This document shows, one piece after another, positions 35,913 through 50,336 of a stretch of DNA of 64,000 nt. Position numbers and translations under genes: made by a program. Position 1 is the first letter of the stretch. Each line of letters begins with the position of its first letter. Source of the stretch: Bugula neritina (lineage: Eukaryota > Animalia > Bryozoa); contig OZ037772.1 of the NCBI GenBank assembly GCA_964035545.1, positions 3,811,538 through 3,875,537 of the forward strand, read 5' to 3'. The notes under the pieces were generated by a model. The model was not told the DNA's origin and searched no databases. It worked only from the letters and a program-made list of their open reading frames with translations.

Positions 35913-37734
35913 AGTTTGAGTATCAGGCAGAGTTTTCCCAACTCAACTTCCTTCGAATTCACTCTGAGAGAGCAAAGCAAACCCTGACTTACAGGTAATA
36001 GTCACTGCTAGCAGCTTATCAAATAGTCACTAGTTGCTAGTCGCTAAACAGGTAATATTCACTACCAACAGTTTACCAAATAGTCACTAGTCAGTATTCA
36101 CTAGTCAGTATTCACTAGTCACCAGTTGCTAGTCACCAGTTGCTAGTTGCCAATCACCAGATACTAGTCCACTACTATGTTGCTAGTCACTTGATAATCT
36201 GAACAATCACTGGCTTCTTCTTAAGCTGAGTGAGTTATTGGTATGACTATTCCCTTTGCTGATTGTAGATGTATAAACTCAGTGGCAGTAGAAGACGCAT
36301 TCGGTAGGAAGAATAAGTCAGTCATTTTATATACAGCTGGTGATAAAGAATACACAGCAACAGATAGCAGGTTTCAATATTCAGTGCTGCAGGATGATTG
36401 CAAGGTATGTAAATGTGACCTATATACTGTAAATCTGACCTATATAGTGTAAACCTGATCTATATAGTGTAAATCTGACTTTTATAGTGTAAATATGACC
36501 TGCATATGCACATGATTGCGATAGTTGCATCTTTTATTCTATTAATTTACTGTGGAGCTTGCTTTTGAGGCTTGCAATAAATGTTTACGAGTTTAACCCA
36601 AAAGCCACTTTGAGTGCTGTACGAGTTTAGAGTTTTGAGTTTGCCGTCTGCCATTTTGTAGTACGCCAAATCATCAGAAGCTCAGACAGTGATTGAGATT
36701 GACACCAAGACCGCCACCCACTTGCCTATTATTGACATTGCTCCTGGTGACGTTGGGACAACCCACAAAGAGTTTGGGGTTCAGCTTGGAGAAGTCTGCT
36801 TTTCATAGACTCATATCTAACAACAGTGTTATTTGGCTGATCTTTTAAAACTGTCCCTGATTAGATAATTAGTGGCCAATCAGAGAATTCAATCAATGTT
36901 GGTTGGCTGAGACCGGCAGTCTGATTCTTATATAACCTAATTTTTAAATGAAATATTTGATTACTCTAAATAAATTTATCTGAGACTTCCAAGGCAGTGA
37001 TGGTGATTTTTGTACATATAAATTTGAAGGAGTTTAGCTATAGGGTTTATGCTGTTTTTTTAATCATTCCACCATAACCTGAGATTGTGAGTAGTAATTC
37101 TAGAATGAGGTAGGGAGGGTGTAACACCTTTCCCTATGACTTTATATATTTAGAAACTGTTGTTAAATTAGTAATTCTGTTGGTGCTACATTTTTAAATT
37201 CATTTGTTCCAACCATTTCTCTATTACAAAATATATTTTACCATAAGGTGCTACACAATTTATTTCTCAGCTTGTAGATTTCATCATCAAAATTATTGAA
37301 GTAATAAAATTGGTCCAGAATTTGAAAGAAGCTGCAGTTTTCAGATCTGATTATTTAACCTATTTATCCTGAAATTAAACATTGTTAGTTTAAAATGGAA
37401 TTGAACATATATTTTAGTCACTTAGTTCCAACTGTGTTGACCATATCAACATTTTAAATTTTACTTCAGCTGCTATGAAGTACATAAGTAAATGGCATTA
37501 AATTTCACATGTCACATCATCTTGTAAAAGTTAATTGTAAATAAAAATAAATTTCATGTGTTTTCGAGAAGCTATAGGTTTGTATGTTTGAATAAATGAA
37601 ACATAATGTTCCTTAATGTCAAGATTCTGCTTATACCACAATACCATAAACATTGTGACTCTGTCAGTAGCCAAAAGAAGTGATGAAAAAAGTTGTTTAC
37701 TAACACAACTACTAAATTTTATAAATTTTCAGAC

Positions 37735-39540
37735 ACGATTTAAAGATGCTGTCCTGCTGCTGCTGGGACTGCAGGAAAATCTACGAGAATCTGGAATGAG
37801 ACTTTGGCAGAGTCAGACTTGGGCTCGCATTTGAAAGACTTGTTACTGAAAGCAGAAACAATAAATATTAAAATTGTCTAATTTTCAGGTTTCTGGGAAA
37901 TTTCTTTAGATGTATTTCTGAAACTAACAATGTTTTACTAACCTTCATGTCAGGAGTTCTCTTCATCATTGTTGTACAGACTTTGAATACTGTCACATAT
38001 CATCTGGAAACACACATTACAATCATTAACTCAAGCACAATCAACATAGAAGTTTAGCAATTACCAGTGAGCGTTGAAAGAATTTCAACATGATTGAAAA
38101 CTTTTCCAAACAAATTATAAGTCTACAAACCATTTTTGATCTAGCAATGAGCCATTTTATTCGATACATAGTGGTGACTGCTCTAACAGCAGCCCTGAAC
38201 CTGTGCTTAGCTGGGCTCTTGGTTGGGGGTGGGGTCTATTCCTGCCATTGTTTCTGCCCATCTCAGTGTCTCTGCTACACACTCCTATGTAACAGATGTA
38301 TGAGTTATATCCATTATACTGTATGCCTTCAGCACATATATGTCATACATCCATATTGCACCTTATCACATTGGTAACTGGTATAAAATGTATTACCTTA
38401 TATGCGTCAAATTGCGTGACTATCAGCTTCTTCTGAATAGTCAAACTTTGAACTTTGGCTTCAGCCTGCGTCATTCGAGAATATAACTGAGAAACAACAT
38501 CCTGTCAATAGGAAGACAGATAACAGCGTGAATTTTTCAAATTTTGGTTTTCCTGATGTCAAACACAGAAAAGTTTAACTCAAGAAAACACAGCACTAAT
38601 TAAACAGGGAGAACTATTATATTAATTCAAGGGAACCTTTAGGTTACAACTGGTTAGCAAAGTGGGTATCTCGAGGATCTTGTATTGGTGAACTTCAGCC
38701 TATAAATGGCTCGTTTTACTCTTTTGCTCACAAAGTTTATCAACAAGATAGAAAAGCTTAACATATTCACTAGAAGAAGATTGTATCTGCTAAAGACTAT
38801 GTCCAGCTATTATAGATTATAGATTGTATCTGCAATCACATGGCACACTCACAGTAAACTTGTTAGATTATTACTAAGCAGTGAACTTCAAACTATTAGG
38901 CAGAGTGTTAACAAAGGAAGTCACTTCTAACAACTGCATGTCTGTTGAGAATAGCTCACTGCGGCCAGCTAAAGACTATGTCCAGTTATTATACACACTT
39001 TAGTCACAAATAATTAATTATATTTCAACTGCAATATGCAAAGATTCGGTAACATACATTAGCCCTGGCGATATGTTTTCTCATCTTGATAATATCCCAT
39101 TGTTGAAAGGCTATCATTCGCTCCTTCTTAGCGACAAGTGCATTAGCAGCTTCCAGTTCAATTTTCAGTTTGTCATTGATGCTCTCTGCATCTGCCATGG
39201 AGTCACTAATCTGCTACATAGACACCTGCTGCTTGGCTAATTCTTTCTTAACTGTGAACTGCCTCACAGTTGAGGCTTTTCAACTTGTGCAAAGAGGGCC
39301 ACGTTAAATGATACTGCTATAAAGACAAACTATGCACCAACCACAGAAAGAAGTGGGTTATAAGTGAACATTTCTAAAGCACTCAAGTAAAAGCGTCTAC
39401 ACCTGGATTACTTTAGGAAGCAAAATGACTGACTGGTTTATACCTTTACAATTTCCTCATACTCTTTGAGTCTCCTCTCATACTCTGACTGTAATTGAAC
39501 ATTTTCTGATGCAATTTGGCTGTTTAAAGTGATTAACTCT
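37735..39540 (-). pseudogene. Relic exons of a coiled-coil protein with a PACT-like (pericentrin/AKAP9-type) segment
   Basis: Exon-like frames ELITLNSQIASENVQLQSEYERRLKEYEEIVK (~39443-39540), KKELAKQQVSM*QISDS...KLKIELEAANALVAKKESE* (~39110-39250), and DVVSQLYSRMTQAEAKVQSLTIQKKLIVTQFDAYK (~38397-38501, AG/GT-bounded). The last has the LY-x5-AE-x5-L-x2-QKK spacing of the PACT domain. Internal stops are present. Confidence 0.5.
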
Positions 39541-39962
39541 AAAACAACACATGCTTTCTCAGACAACTAAAGGCAATAGGCTTCTATCCGAATTACACTG
39601 CGAGATTAGGATAAATTAAGTGAGCATTTCAACACCACAATAAGCAGTATTAGAACTATCCACTTTCATGCAAATAGTTTCATTGAATCCATTGCTGCAT
39701 GAATGTAATGGAAAACAGAAAGATATGGAAATTAAAAAGGAGACATAGGCTATACATTTGATAGGTTTAGTGAAACCAACACAGAACCCACACTTCAAAT
39801 CAGTATTTTTATTATTACAACAGAATAAGGAACATCAGTAAGTAAATATAAAAAGTATCCGTTCTCAAGTCCAAACCTCCATCTGCCATCTTGGAGTCAA
39901 AACTTTTCCTTTTCTCGTGTGGGGTAGTTGTGCCTGCATCTCCACAGGAAAAAGCAGTATTA

Positions 39963-40150
39963 ACATTACTGGCTCCACCCACATTACTGGCTCCACCCAC
40001 ATTACTGGCTCCACCCACATTACTGGCTCCACCCACATTACCGGCTCCACCCACATTACTGGCTCCACCCACATTACTGGCTCCACCCACATTACTGGCT
40101 CCACCCACCTTACTGGGTTCACCCACATTACTGGCTCCACCTACATTGCT
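39963..40150. repeat. 18-bp tandem repeat (ACATTACTGGCTCCACCC)n, possibly exonic (GGASNV on minus strand)
   Basis: About 10 units, with a minus-strand TTTCAG acceptor immediately upstream at 40156. Confidence 0.9.
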
Positions 40151-41220
40151 ATCACCTGAAACAATAATTTATAATATATAACACAAAAACAATTTTATTA
40201 AAAACGTATTGATGTTATTGATGTTGAGTTCTAGTCTGTACTTTTCCTTTAGCTGTTCATCACATCTCAACAGTACAATAGATCAATAATTTAAAAATTA
40301 GAATTTAATTTAATAAATAATTTTAAACGCTATATCACTGAATGATACATAGCTTGAAAATGAAACTACAACACAATAATTTTTAGCTGTATGTCAAAGT
40401 TCTATGAAATAAGTTATATATAAGCAGCAGAATTAGGCAATCTAAACCTGAGTCTCTGTATAACTTGGTTTTCTCTTCACTTTATTGTAATGGTACAAAA
40501 ATAGGACGAATATTGTAAATTGATCTCAAAAAGTTGTTAGTGTTCATTTAAAACAATAACTTTAGCCAAAAACCCTGTCAAGAAAAAAGCTTTTTCTAGT
40601 AGGTGCAGCAGTACACAAGTTTTATCAGTACCAAGTTGCGCGTACACCTCTACTGAAAAAACATTTTTCTTTAGGTAATTTGAAAACCCAACTTAGGCTA
40701 TGTGGAGACAACTCTTGTTTATTTGAATTTATGACATGGTTACTTGAGAAAGACATTCTTTCAACTTTTTAAGAGTACTTTGATAAAATTTATCTAAATT
40801 ACACAAAAATTTTGCTGATTTTTATATAATAGTAAAACAACAACTTGACTAGTACTTCCTATCAGCTACAAGAGTTTGGACTTCATCAGCCATGTTGATG
40901 GTAGACTTGTGTTCTTGTAATACAGAAGGCAGTATATCAGCTCAACTAACCAATGACTTGCAGCACAGAGCAGGCTAAGACTGTAGGTGTTGTCACAGCT
41001 TTTAGTGAAATGTTCTTGATGAAAGCTTTTGGCAATAGCTTTCTGGCTGTTAGCTTTTTGTTGAGTTGTCATCCTGCATCTGTGCATCTACACCATTCAG
41101 CATTCTCACTCACATTAACAATTATTTTGCACCTTCTAATTAAAGGAAAAGGAATAGAGAAATGAGTAGTACAGCCAACTAAGTCTGCCTCAATTCTGTC
41201 TTTACTAAAACCTGATTGCG

Positions 41221-41450
41221 TACAGTGTAAGTATACTGTGTAGGTATATAGTGTAAGTATACTGTGTAGGTATATAGTGTAAGTATACTGTGTAGGTATA
41301 TAGTGTAAGTATACTGTGTAGGCACACAGTGTAAGTATACTGTGTAGGTATATAGTGTAAGTGTACTGTGTAGGTACACAGTGTAAGTATGTAGTGTAGG
41401 TATGTAGTGTAAGTATACTGTGTATGTAAACAGTGTAAGTATGTAGTATG
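41221..41450. repeat. 28-bp minisatellite
   Basis: (AGTGTAAGTATACTGTGTAGGTATAT..)n. Confidence 0.88.
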
Positions 41451-42289
41451 TAGTATGATACTGCTATTCTAGTAAACTGAATGGTGAAAACGTGACTAGG
41501 GAAAGAGACAGCACGTCACAAGACCGCTGTATACAGAAGTCCTTGCCGAAGTGACTCCCCTCTCAACTACCGCATAGCATATAAACCCACAAATTACTCT
41601 ACACCACCATCTTCTGTCCTACAATCTCAGTTTAACCAACCAATGGTAAGTCATAACCAACTTCTGCCGGTCACTCATTCAACATGGTGCATTCTGATTG
41701 CATCAATTATACATCTGTTGAATACTACTGCATGCTGTAGAACGTCCCAACATGCAAGGAGCGGATGGTGGCGAAGTGTTTCTGATTGACGATTCAGATG
41801 AAGATATGTCCCTGGACCCTTCTGGCCCGTCTGGAGAATACTCAAAGAGCTGTCCAATCATGACGAGAGGTTAGTCTTTCATCAAATAGTTGCTTTCGCC
41901 TATCGCTTGTTAAATAAATAAACGCTGCTAACATAATGAACAGTTTTAAAATAGTGCAGACTACTCATTTACTTTGATATAACACATTGAATAAAACACA
42001 ATAATTCTCATCACAGATTGTAAGCTAATAATTGTGGTTTTCATACAAAATTGATTTGTCAGCAACTTCTTCTAGTTTGAAAAAAGCAATAGATTTTACT
42101 AAATTTACTACTAAACTGTTGATCTAAATACGGAATGGAAAATTCAACATCCCATGGCAAACAAATCATAAAGAAATACAAATATTTTGCAGGAAAAAAT
42201 TGCATTTATACTTTCAAAGTTTTCAGTCAGAAATTCAATTTGACCGAGCTAAAATTTCACCAAGTTACATTGCATCTTAAAAGAATAGT

Positions 42290-42875
42290 AAGTGTGATCA
42301 CAACTAGACTAGTATGAGTCATCACAACTAAACTATTATGAGTCACCACAACTAGAATAGTATGAGTCATCACAACTAGAATAGTATGAGTCATCACAAC
42401 TAGAATAGTATGAGTCATCACAACTAGAATAGTATGAGTCATCACAACTAAACTATTATGAGTCATCACAACTGGAATAGTATGAGTCACCACAACTAGA
42501 AGAGTATGAGTCATCACAACTAGACTAGTATGAGTCATCACAACTAGAATAGTATGAGTCATCACAACTAGAATAGTATGAGTCATCAGAACTAGAATAG
42601 TATGAGTCATCACAACTAGAATAGTATGAGTCATCACAACTAGAATAGTATGAGTCATCACAACTAGAATAGTATGAGTCATCACAACTAGAATAGTATG
42701 AGTCACCACAACTAGAATAGTATGAGTCATCAGAACTAGAATAGTATGAGTCACCACAACTAGACTAGTATGAGTCATCACAACTAGAATAGTATGAGTC
42801 ATCACAACTAGAATAGTATGAGTCACCACAACTAGAAGAGTATGAGTCACCACAACTAGACTAGTATGAGTCATA
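42290..42875. repeat. 21-bp minisatellite (AGTATGAGTCATCACAACTAGAAT-like; 7-8 aa periodic ORF artefact)
   Basis: Tandem array abutting the minus-strand donor at 42882. The unit is 24 bp by the 8-aa periodicity THTILVVM. Confidence 0.9.
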
Positions 42876-42882
42876 GACCTAC

Positions 42883-43029
42883 CTGCTTTTTGCTTTTCAC
42901 CAGCCGGGTGTCTCCCAGCATAGATGAAGTGGTTGATATTGTCAGGGTAGCTGCGCGGTTTCTCTCTGCATTTCTTGTATGCTTCTTCATCAAACGTCTT
43001 ACATGGACCAAACTCAAACACTTGGTTTA
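42883..43029 (-). other. Isolated exon-like segment of unknown protein
   Basis: TTACAG|...NQVFEFGPCKTFDEEAYKKCREKPRSYPDNINHFIYAGRHPAGEKQKA|GTAGGT; open frame with canonical splice sites. Confidence 0.45.
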
Positions 43030-44844
43030 CTGTAACACAATATACTAGAACATGTTAGTCTATACTATACTAGGGTACACTATACTATACTAAGAACATA
43101 CTAGAATATACTAAGTAATTGTAAACATTTGGTTCACTGTAACATAATATAAAAATATATTAGTTGCTGACAGACAGACAGACAGACAGACATTGCATAG
43201 TTTGTTAAGTCCTACTAATCAAACTGTAAATTTTACCTGAAACAGTGTTAGAAGGTACATAGTATATTAGGTGTTCACCTGTATATAGTACTATATGTAT
43301 ATAGCGTTTTGTATTTTTTTCAAACTGCTACAAATGCTCATAAAGAAACAAGCAATACAAGCCGCTAATATACTGCGTATACCAGCTTCATGCTACTTTA
43401 CCTGAGCATTCTATGCTATTGAATGTTTATTTTCTGCAATATTTCTAGCTGTTATAGCTTTGAATTTAACATTTCTATGGTGTTTGTGATACAAGTTTCA
43501 TTTTTTAATAAAGGTGTGCATTCTTTGGCTGAAATGTAGTTTACTTAGCTAGACTGATCCTAGTGACTTCCAATATTACTATATTTATGATGCTGCTATT
43601 GTAGTAAACTGAATGGTGAAGACGTGACTAGGGAAAGAGACTATTGTATCTTTTGTAGCTGAAACTTCTCAATCTATATATTAGGAGAGCAGAAGAAACG
43701 GTGCAGAGCTTCACCACGACACTATCACAAAGAAATAAGTTACTCAGGAATTACTTCCTTATATTCACAAGAGTTAGATGTTGAGAGCCAGCTATGCCTC
43801 AGTTGACAACAAGATGGGAGACGCTAAGGGTGCCATGAAAAATATGAAGAAACGTACCCTCAACATGTAGACATTGCATCACCAGTCTGAGCTAATGTCA
43901 AGGTTAAACTCTGTTTCCTGTTGATGGAATTCCTTCTTGAATATCAGCTGTACCTTTACCTTGCACCTTGTGAAGATTTTAATTATATTCTCCTTGTATG
44001 ATTAGGAAAATAGTTTAGATACAAATGTCACAATTTACCCTTTATTGTTTACGTGCTTTTAAAAATCCTGTTTGGTAATTTTTTATGTTGCTATGATCAA
44101 TTGTTCAATAATAATAGATAATGATTACTTCTTCTGAAATTCCTTTGGGATGTTGCACGTTGCCTATTTTAAAGAAGAAAGTAAAGCATTGTTTATAAAA
44201 AAACAAAGGAAACAGCTCTGGTCTAGGGTAAACACAATGTCAATGATTTGAATCTCTGGTAAACAATAAGACATTTTCATAATGACCAGAGAAAGCTCTA
44301 TTTAGCTGTTATATCACTAAACAATAGTTCTATATACTTCAAGTGGTCAATTTAATGATCAAAGTTTAGCATCAAAAGAAAGCTATTGATAAGTAGTCTA
44401 TGAGAACGCAAGGAAATAGAATTGATATGAGGAACACAATCAAAGTGGAAAAACAAAACAAAACGATAATTAGTAGGGAAATAGCATACAGCCATTTTTA
44501 TTGGAGAGAAGGCTGAGAAAACTGCATAACTCTGTTTAGAGTTGTCTCCCTAATGTTGAACTGGGGGGAGGGGGGTGTGGGTGTGGCATGTATACTACCT
44601 AGCAGCAGTAAAACTATAATATAAACAAGAAACATTCTCTGTTATAATTATGCCCATCATTGACATCTTCGGTGCATCTATTGATCCTATTATCAAGTAT
44701 CAGCGGTTCAATTAGTTTTTTCAACTCTTTATAAAAATTTTAGCTCAGCTAACAGACTGGTTTTAGAAATTACACTTTGAAACATTTTTTTTTTGTTATT
44801 TTGTTCTAAGCATTGTCCTACATGTATGTATATATATATATATG

Positions 44845-44876
<32 letters not shown>

Positions 44877-45685
44877 TATATGTATATGTATATATATATG
44901 TATATATATATATCTATATACTGTAGAATGATTTTTTGGACCTTTCAATCAGCATATGAAAAACTGTAGTCAAAAAACAAGTGATCAAAAGATTTATTTT
45001 ATATAAATAAAAAGTGACAAAAATTTTTAACAATTATTGCAAAATAATACTTGCATAGACTTGCATGCCATAATAATTACAAGTGTAGGCTAAATAACAA
45101 AAGAATGTGATATATACCATAACAGTTTATAAAGTAGAATTTGTGAAAACAATTTATAAAACAGAATAGTATTATAAGTTCAACAACCTTGCAGCACCTT
45201 GAAACACAAAGCGTAAAGATGCAGTCAGTACACAGAGCTTGTTGATGTAAAGGTGTTATATCAAAGTTTTGCTATACATGAGCTGACAGTCAAGCAGCAA
45301 CCTACAAATAATTATATATATGTGACCAAACACTACAATCTATACAATCTATTCAATTGATTACTGATTGATAATAACAATAAAATTATATATATACAAG
45401 CGTTATAATTTCATTGAAAAAAATTGGTAAAACTGCTGTTCAATAAATATGATTCAACTTTTGATGAATGATTTCGAAAATATTTTTAGAAAGTTTAGAT
45501 TATTAATTATTATTAACATACACAGAATTGCTTTCAACCTCTTCAAAAAATCACAAGAGAGACAATTGCTAATACACAAGAAGAAAACAGAAATAATGTT
45601 GCTGAAACATAAGTTTATACAACAGTGTTTAAAGTATCTCATATTATCATACTTTATTATGACATAATTTAGTATGATAATATGA

Positions 45686-45905
45686 GAGGCAATAATGGCG
45701 CAGGTAATAATATTATGGCACAGGTGATAATGACATGGTAAGAAGGGCACACAGCGAAAAGTAGGAAAACATGGCACACTTATGTTCAATTTTTCCAAAC
45801 ACCCATTCTCACCCTTGTACCCTAATACTGAAAATGTGCCATTCTTACCTATTTTTCCACTTGTGCCATAATAACCTGTATGTGCCATTTTAACCATAGA
45901 CACCA
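45686..45905. mobile_element. Short degenerate inverted-repeat element (MITE-like) built from GGTAA..TGGCACA motifs
   Basis: The left half has repeated ggtaa-n-tggcaca and the right half has the complementary tgtgcca-n-ttacc. Centre is ccc-t-rich (caccctt/accctaa). Confidence 0.5.
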
Positions 45906-48900
45906 CCTACAATGCATCAATTGGAAAAGATTTCAAATCAACCTTTATTGCTGAATTATGAACCAACTCAATGAAATCCTCCTGGAATTCTCCTGGAATC
46001 TTTTTGACAAAGCGTTGGAATTTGTCACATGTCAAGCTAAGAATCGAGCTCTTTCTTTTCAAGAGATAGCTCAGAAAAATATCGTTAAAGCTCTATTGTG
46101 CTCTAGTGTGCAATTTTTACTTATGACATTTTTATTTATTATCGACACTTGTTCTCCTATAAAAGTTTATTAAGTGTGTGGAAAAACACCACAATTTAGA
46201 AAAAGGCGCCACCACTTTAGTGTAACTTTAGAAACACTGACGCTGCTATGAAAAGCAATGATATATGATGATTGCACTCCTGCATGTTTAGGCTCAGATT
46301 ATTTAGAGTAGCAAATATATTTACAAGGTATATGTAGTATACAGTTTATAGAGATTGACTTGCATGGCTGCTAAAAGTTGGCCTGTTAGTTCAAGCAGCA
46401 AATTTTTTTGACCTCTATTTGAAAGTAGCACAGAAAGCAGTTAGAGTAAAGCAATTAATAAACACATTCATGTCAAAGTAAACTGATATTGCAGAATATA
46501 GTTTGGCTAAATAAGGGAGCTAAGATAAAGGTTTACAGAAATATACACATATAAATGTAACTTGCAAGAACCCAAAAAGCCTTCATCAAACCTTGTGAAT
46601 TTTTCAAATTTAAAATTCTTCCCTAAAATGTCGAATATTTCCCCTAGGAGAAACTCCTCCCAGGTTGGGAAACTCTGAGCAAGACATGTAATCATGAATA
46701 TTACCAAGTGCATGCATTGCTAGTTACTAGACTGTTGGGTTACAACTTACAATATTTGTAAGCTGAAGAGCTATTATAATAGAGATGATGGTAATGCAGT
46801 ATAAATTAGTCAGTCTATTATCATGAGTTAGTCACTGCTAATATTATGCTATGCAATGGCTAACAGTCACATAGCAACTTACAAATAATTATACTATTTA
46901 TTATGATTATTATGACATCTATGATGAGGAAATAAAATGTGCCTTTACATACACATCATATTTTGTGTAAACAAGTGTTTAAATACAGTTGAACATTTGG
47001 TGTTCGAAATTTGTTTTTTTTGTTTCAAACTTTAAAAAAATACAAATCGAAATTTTTTTTCAACAATTGATAGTAAATTATGCTGAAGAACTAATGTGGA
47101 CTTGTAGAATAAGTTCGCAAGAGAAGTAACTCCTGATTAACATGATTAAACAGTCACAATAATATTCCTGAAAGATTCATAGAGCCTAAAGTTCATACAC
47201 TATTGTGATGCAGTAAGTATTCTATAGAGTTGGTATTGATATCACAGTACAATTAGGTCATGAGCTTTCACCAGGCATCAAGTTTTTACCTCCACTGATG
47301 GAGTAATCTTAGGTTTGTAAATAATGGCCACTGTAAAGTAGCCATATCCAAAAACTCAGTTTTCTAACCATCTCAACTGATGGACATGTGATGTGTGTGA
47401 CACGAGGAGGTGTAGAAGTAATAAATGGAGACACTCTGGATACTATCAGCTCAGTGAAACACACCAACACTACATGTGACCTGGCACCACAAAACAAGAG
47501 ATGTAGATGAAATGTTGAAAACCTAGTTATTACTATGGAGTGATAGAGCAGACTTTCTCGAACATTTTGCACTTTATTTGAAGTCTCCAGCATAAATAGA
47601 ACTCGAGATATCAGTATTTAAAAACTTTAACGTTTTTAGAATTTCTAAATTACTGTTTCGAGAAAATCGCGTTTAAAGTTGGCAACTCTAGAATAAGTTG
47701 AGAATTATTTGTTTACAATTTACAAGCCTTAGCAACGGGTCTTTGTATAGAAGAAATAGTGACAAATTTGGTATCAAAATAATTGTGAAAGTTTGGGCTT
47801 TCTGTTAAACTAAATTTCATGCTGCCTCAACATTTAATTAGGTCAAATATGGCCGCCAAACTTTTTGTCTAATTTATTTGTCAATTCGCTTTTTACTTTG
47901 TTTAATGGTTGAAAGGTTTAACAATTCTAGCAAAGAAGAGGATGTTTCAGCAAGTTTGTGTGTTGAGATATTAAAATTAAGCATCCAAGTCAGCAGGAAG
48001 TGATATAAAACAAAATGGCAGCTGCTTCCTCTTATACATTGAATATCTTCCTCTTCTCTAATATATTGTGTAATATATCAAACTGCAGCTATTGAGCTGT
48101 GCTGTTTCATAATTATTGCTTAATGAATAGAACACTTATAAGAAAATTATTTGACTACTATGAGATCATGCGAGGTTCATTTATAAATATCTTTATAATC
48201 TCTAACAGCTACTAAATTTAGCAATTGATTTGGCTGAGATGTTCATGTTGAAAATATAAACATAAAATCAGCTATTTGAACTTTTGAGTTTTATTAGGCA
48301 ATAATATTCACATTTAAAACATCAAATACATTATTTTAAAAAACCAATTAAATGCAGTAAAAAATCCAGCCTGGATACAACCATTATGCTTGAATTAACT
48401 CTTATCAAGAAAAGAAAATTAGGTAGCTTCTACGGTTGTTGCAAAGAAGGCACTTATCATCTTTCTACTTCCTAGGTCTTCATAACATGAGTTTACGAAG
48501 TATGGACACATAACATCATGTATGTGGCAAAAGCTTCATCACTATCATCAGCTGATTTTCTAGCAATTATAGATGCTGCTACTTGACATCCATTCTGCCA
48601 ATCTACCCATCTATTGTCTATTCCAGAGCTGCAAGTACAATGTTGACTTTTTTTAAATAACAAAAAGAAACAGTAGCTTGATTAGAAATTATACCCAGTT
48701 ATATTATAAAAATTTAGTTTGCTAAACACTCTTGTGGTACTATTATGGCAGCAGTTAATTGTGATCCTGCATTTCATCAACGTTTAAATTTATTGAATTA
48801 AACAGAACAATTTAAATTAAAAAAATTCTTGATAATTTTCAAGCACATCATTAAAAGACTGCAAACCTTTTTATGAATGAAATAAGCAGAAGCCATAACC

Positions 48901-50336
48901 TTGCAAGCCAAAATCCGGAGTGTCTACATTATAAGTATTAGATTGAAAGGGAGTAGAGTTGTGTAGGTATAAGTCTTCACTCTAATGCCCTCACAAGTTC
49001 ACTTTCTGAAATGTACAGAATATCGGATTAATCTATATTAACATAATATTATCAGTGAAATTACACATTATGCACTTGAATATCTAGCATATCTGCAATT
49101 GGCAATTTTGAAGCAATGTCTTTAGATAACTATTAACCACTCAGGCATTTAATAGAGTAAAAAGCTAGCTAAGTGCAACTGAATCTATTAAAAACATTTA
49201 CTATAAAATCAATTTGAATTCAATAAGTTACTTTAAAATATGAATAAATATTTGCTCATCTTATAATAAAATTAAAAAGTTTAGACTATTTATGCATTCA
49301 GTTAGTGTTACTACTCACTAAATAAAGACTAAAAGTAACTCACTGAAAAACCAAGTCAGTCAACTATAGAATCATCATGAACTCGCATTAATATTTCATC
49401 ATTATACTCGTTTACATTTAGTTACATTTATCATTTCAATTTGGTTAGGCTATAGGTGATGCTTTTATCAATATGAATATGATTATCAATTGAGTTTTGA
49501 CAGTAACACTAACTGTAAGCCTGCATAATTAATGTGATAAAGATTTTATCATTATATTTTAAATCAAACTTTGAGCTAATTTAAAAATCACAAAAGGAAC
49601 CGGTAGTTTGACTAGTATTAGTAGGCCTAATATTAATACTAATAGTAATAGTAATCAGTAACTGTATTGACAAAATCTAAGACAGAGGCTAAAAGTTACT
49701 AAGACTAAGAGTAAGTCTAATGTAAATTGAAATATTAACTATAGAATAAATCAATAAATATAATACTGTTATAGTTTTCAGATTTAGGGTTGATGTGCCA
49801 CCAAGAGAGTCTATTTCACACTAGAGAAACTTCACCAATTAAGTCGAGTAGATATCGTTATATTTAATACAAGAATACATAATAAAAATCCAATGTACAA
49901 CAGTAATGATACGCACGTCTATTTAGTTTACAGCACTATCCTCAACTGAGCTAGTAGCGCGAAGCGGCTACTATTACTAATAAAACAGTTCAGCTAATTG
50001 GCTAATACATTGTTCCGGGTCAATTACGCGACCCTACATGTTGTGCTGCTGGTAGTTCCACGAACCACCACACTGCCCCCTCCAGCAGAAAGCCCACTTT
50101 CTGATAAAATAAGATTCACATAAAAACGTATACTTCGTTGTGGGGGGGTAAGAGAACAGTATAAAAGTATATAAAAAAAACAACAACTGGTAAAAATATA
50201 CAGGTATATATAACGTGCACTAAGTAATAAGCAAGGGAAGGTCCTATCTACATATAGAGTACGTGCCACCATTACGGTAGGGAATGCCACAGAGAGGTAG
50301 GAGAATGAGTAGTAGGGAGTTGTAGGTAGACTCGAG

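Larger units (their letters stand above)
32138..36808 (+). pseudogene. Fibrillar collagen pseudogene (Gly-X-Y exons + COLFI C-propeptide)
   Basis: Gly-X-Y exons at ~32138-32305, 32918-32986, 33576-33705, 33794-33932, 34199-34308 and ~34448-34634, with Gly substitutions and frameshifts. COLFI exons at 35089-35183 (DGSKDSPVRDCREL...SGT*W, stop 35178-35180), 35496-35663 (VDPDGGS..AIQAYC..TCI), 35915-35994 (QLNFLRIHSERAKQTLTY), 36269-36404 (CINSVA...VLQDDC) and 36662-36808 (LPIIDIAPGDVG...FGVQLGEVCFS*). Confidence 0.9.

Noticed and set aside
42257-43021. 254-aa hydrophobic repeat protein
   Set aside because: An exon-like segment reading through its donor site into a minisatellite.
45454-45906. 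Gly-X-Y-like peptide (GYYGTSGKIGKNG) suggesting a second collagen
   Set aside because: It arises from GGTAA..TGGCACA DNA motifs present in inverted orientation on both strands, i.e. a MITE-like repeat.
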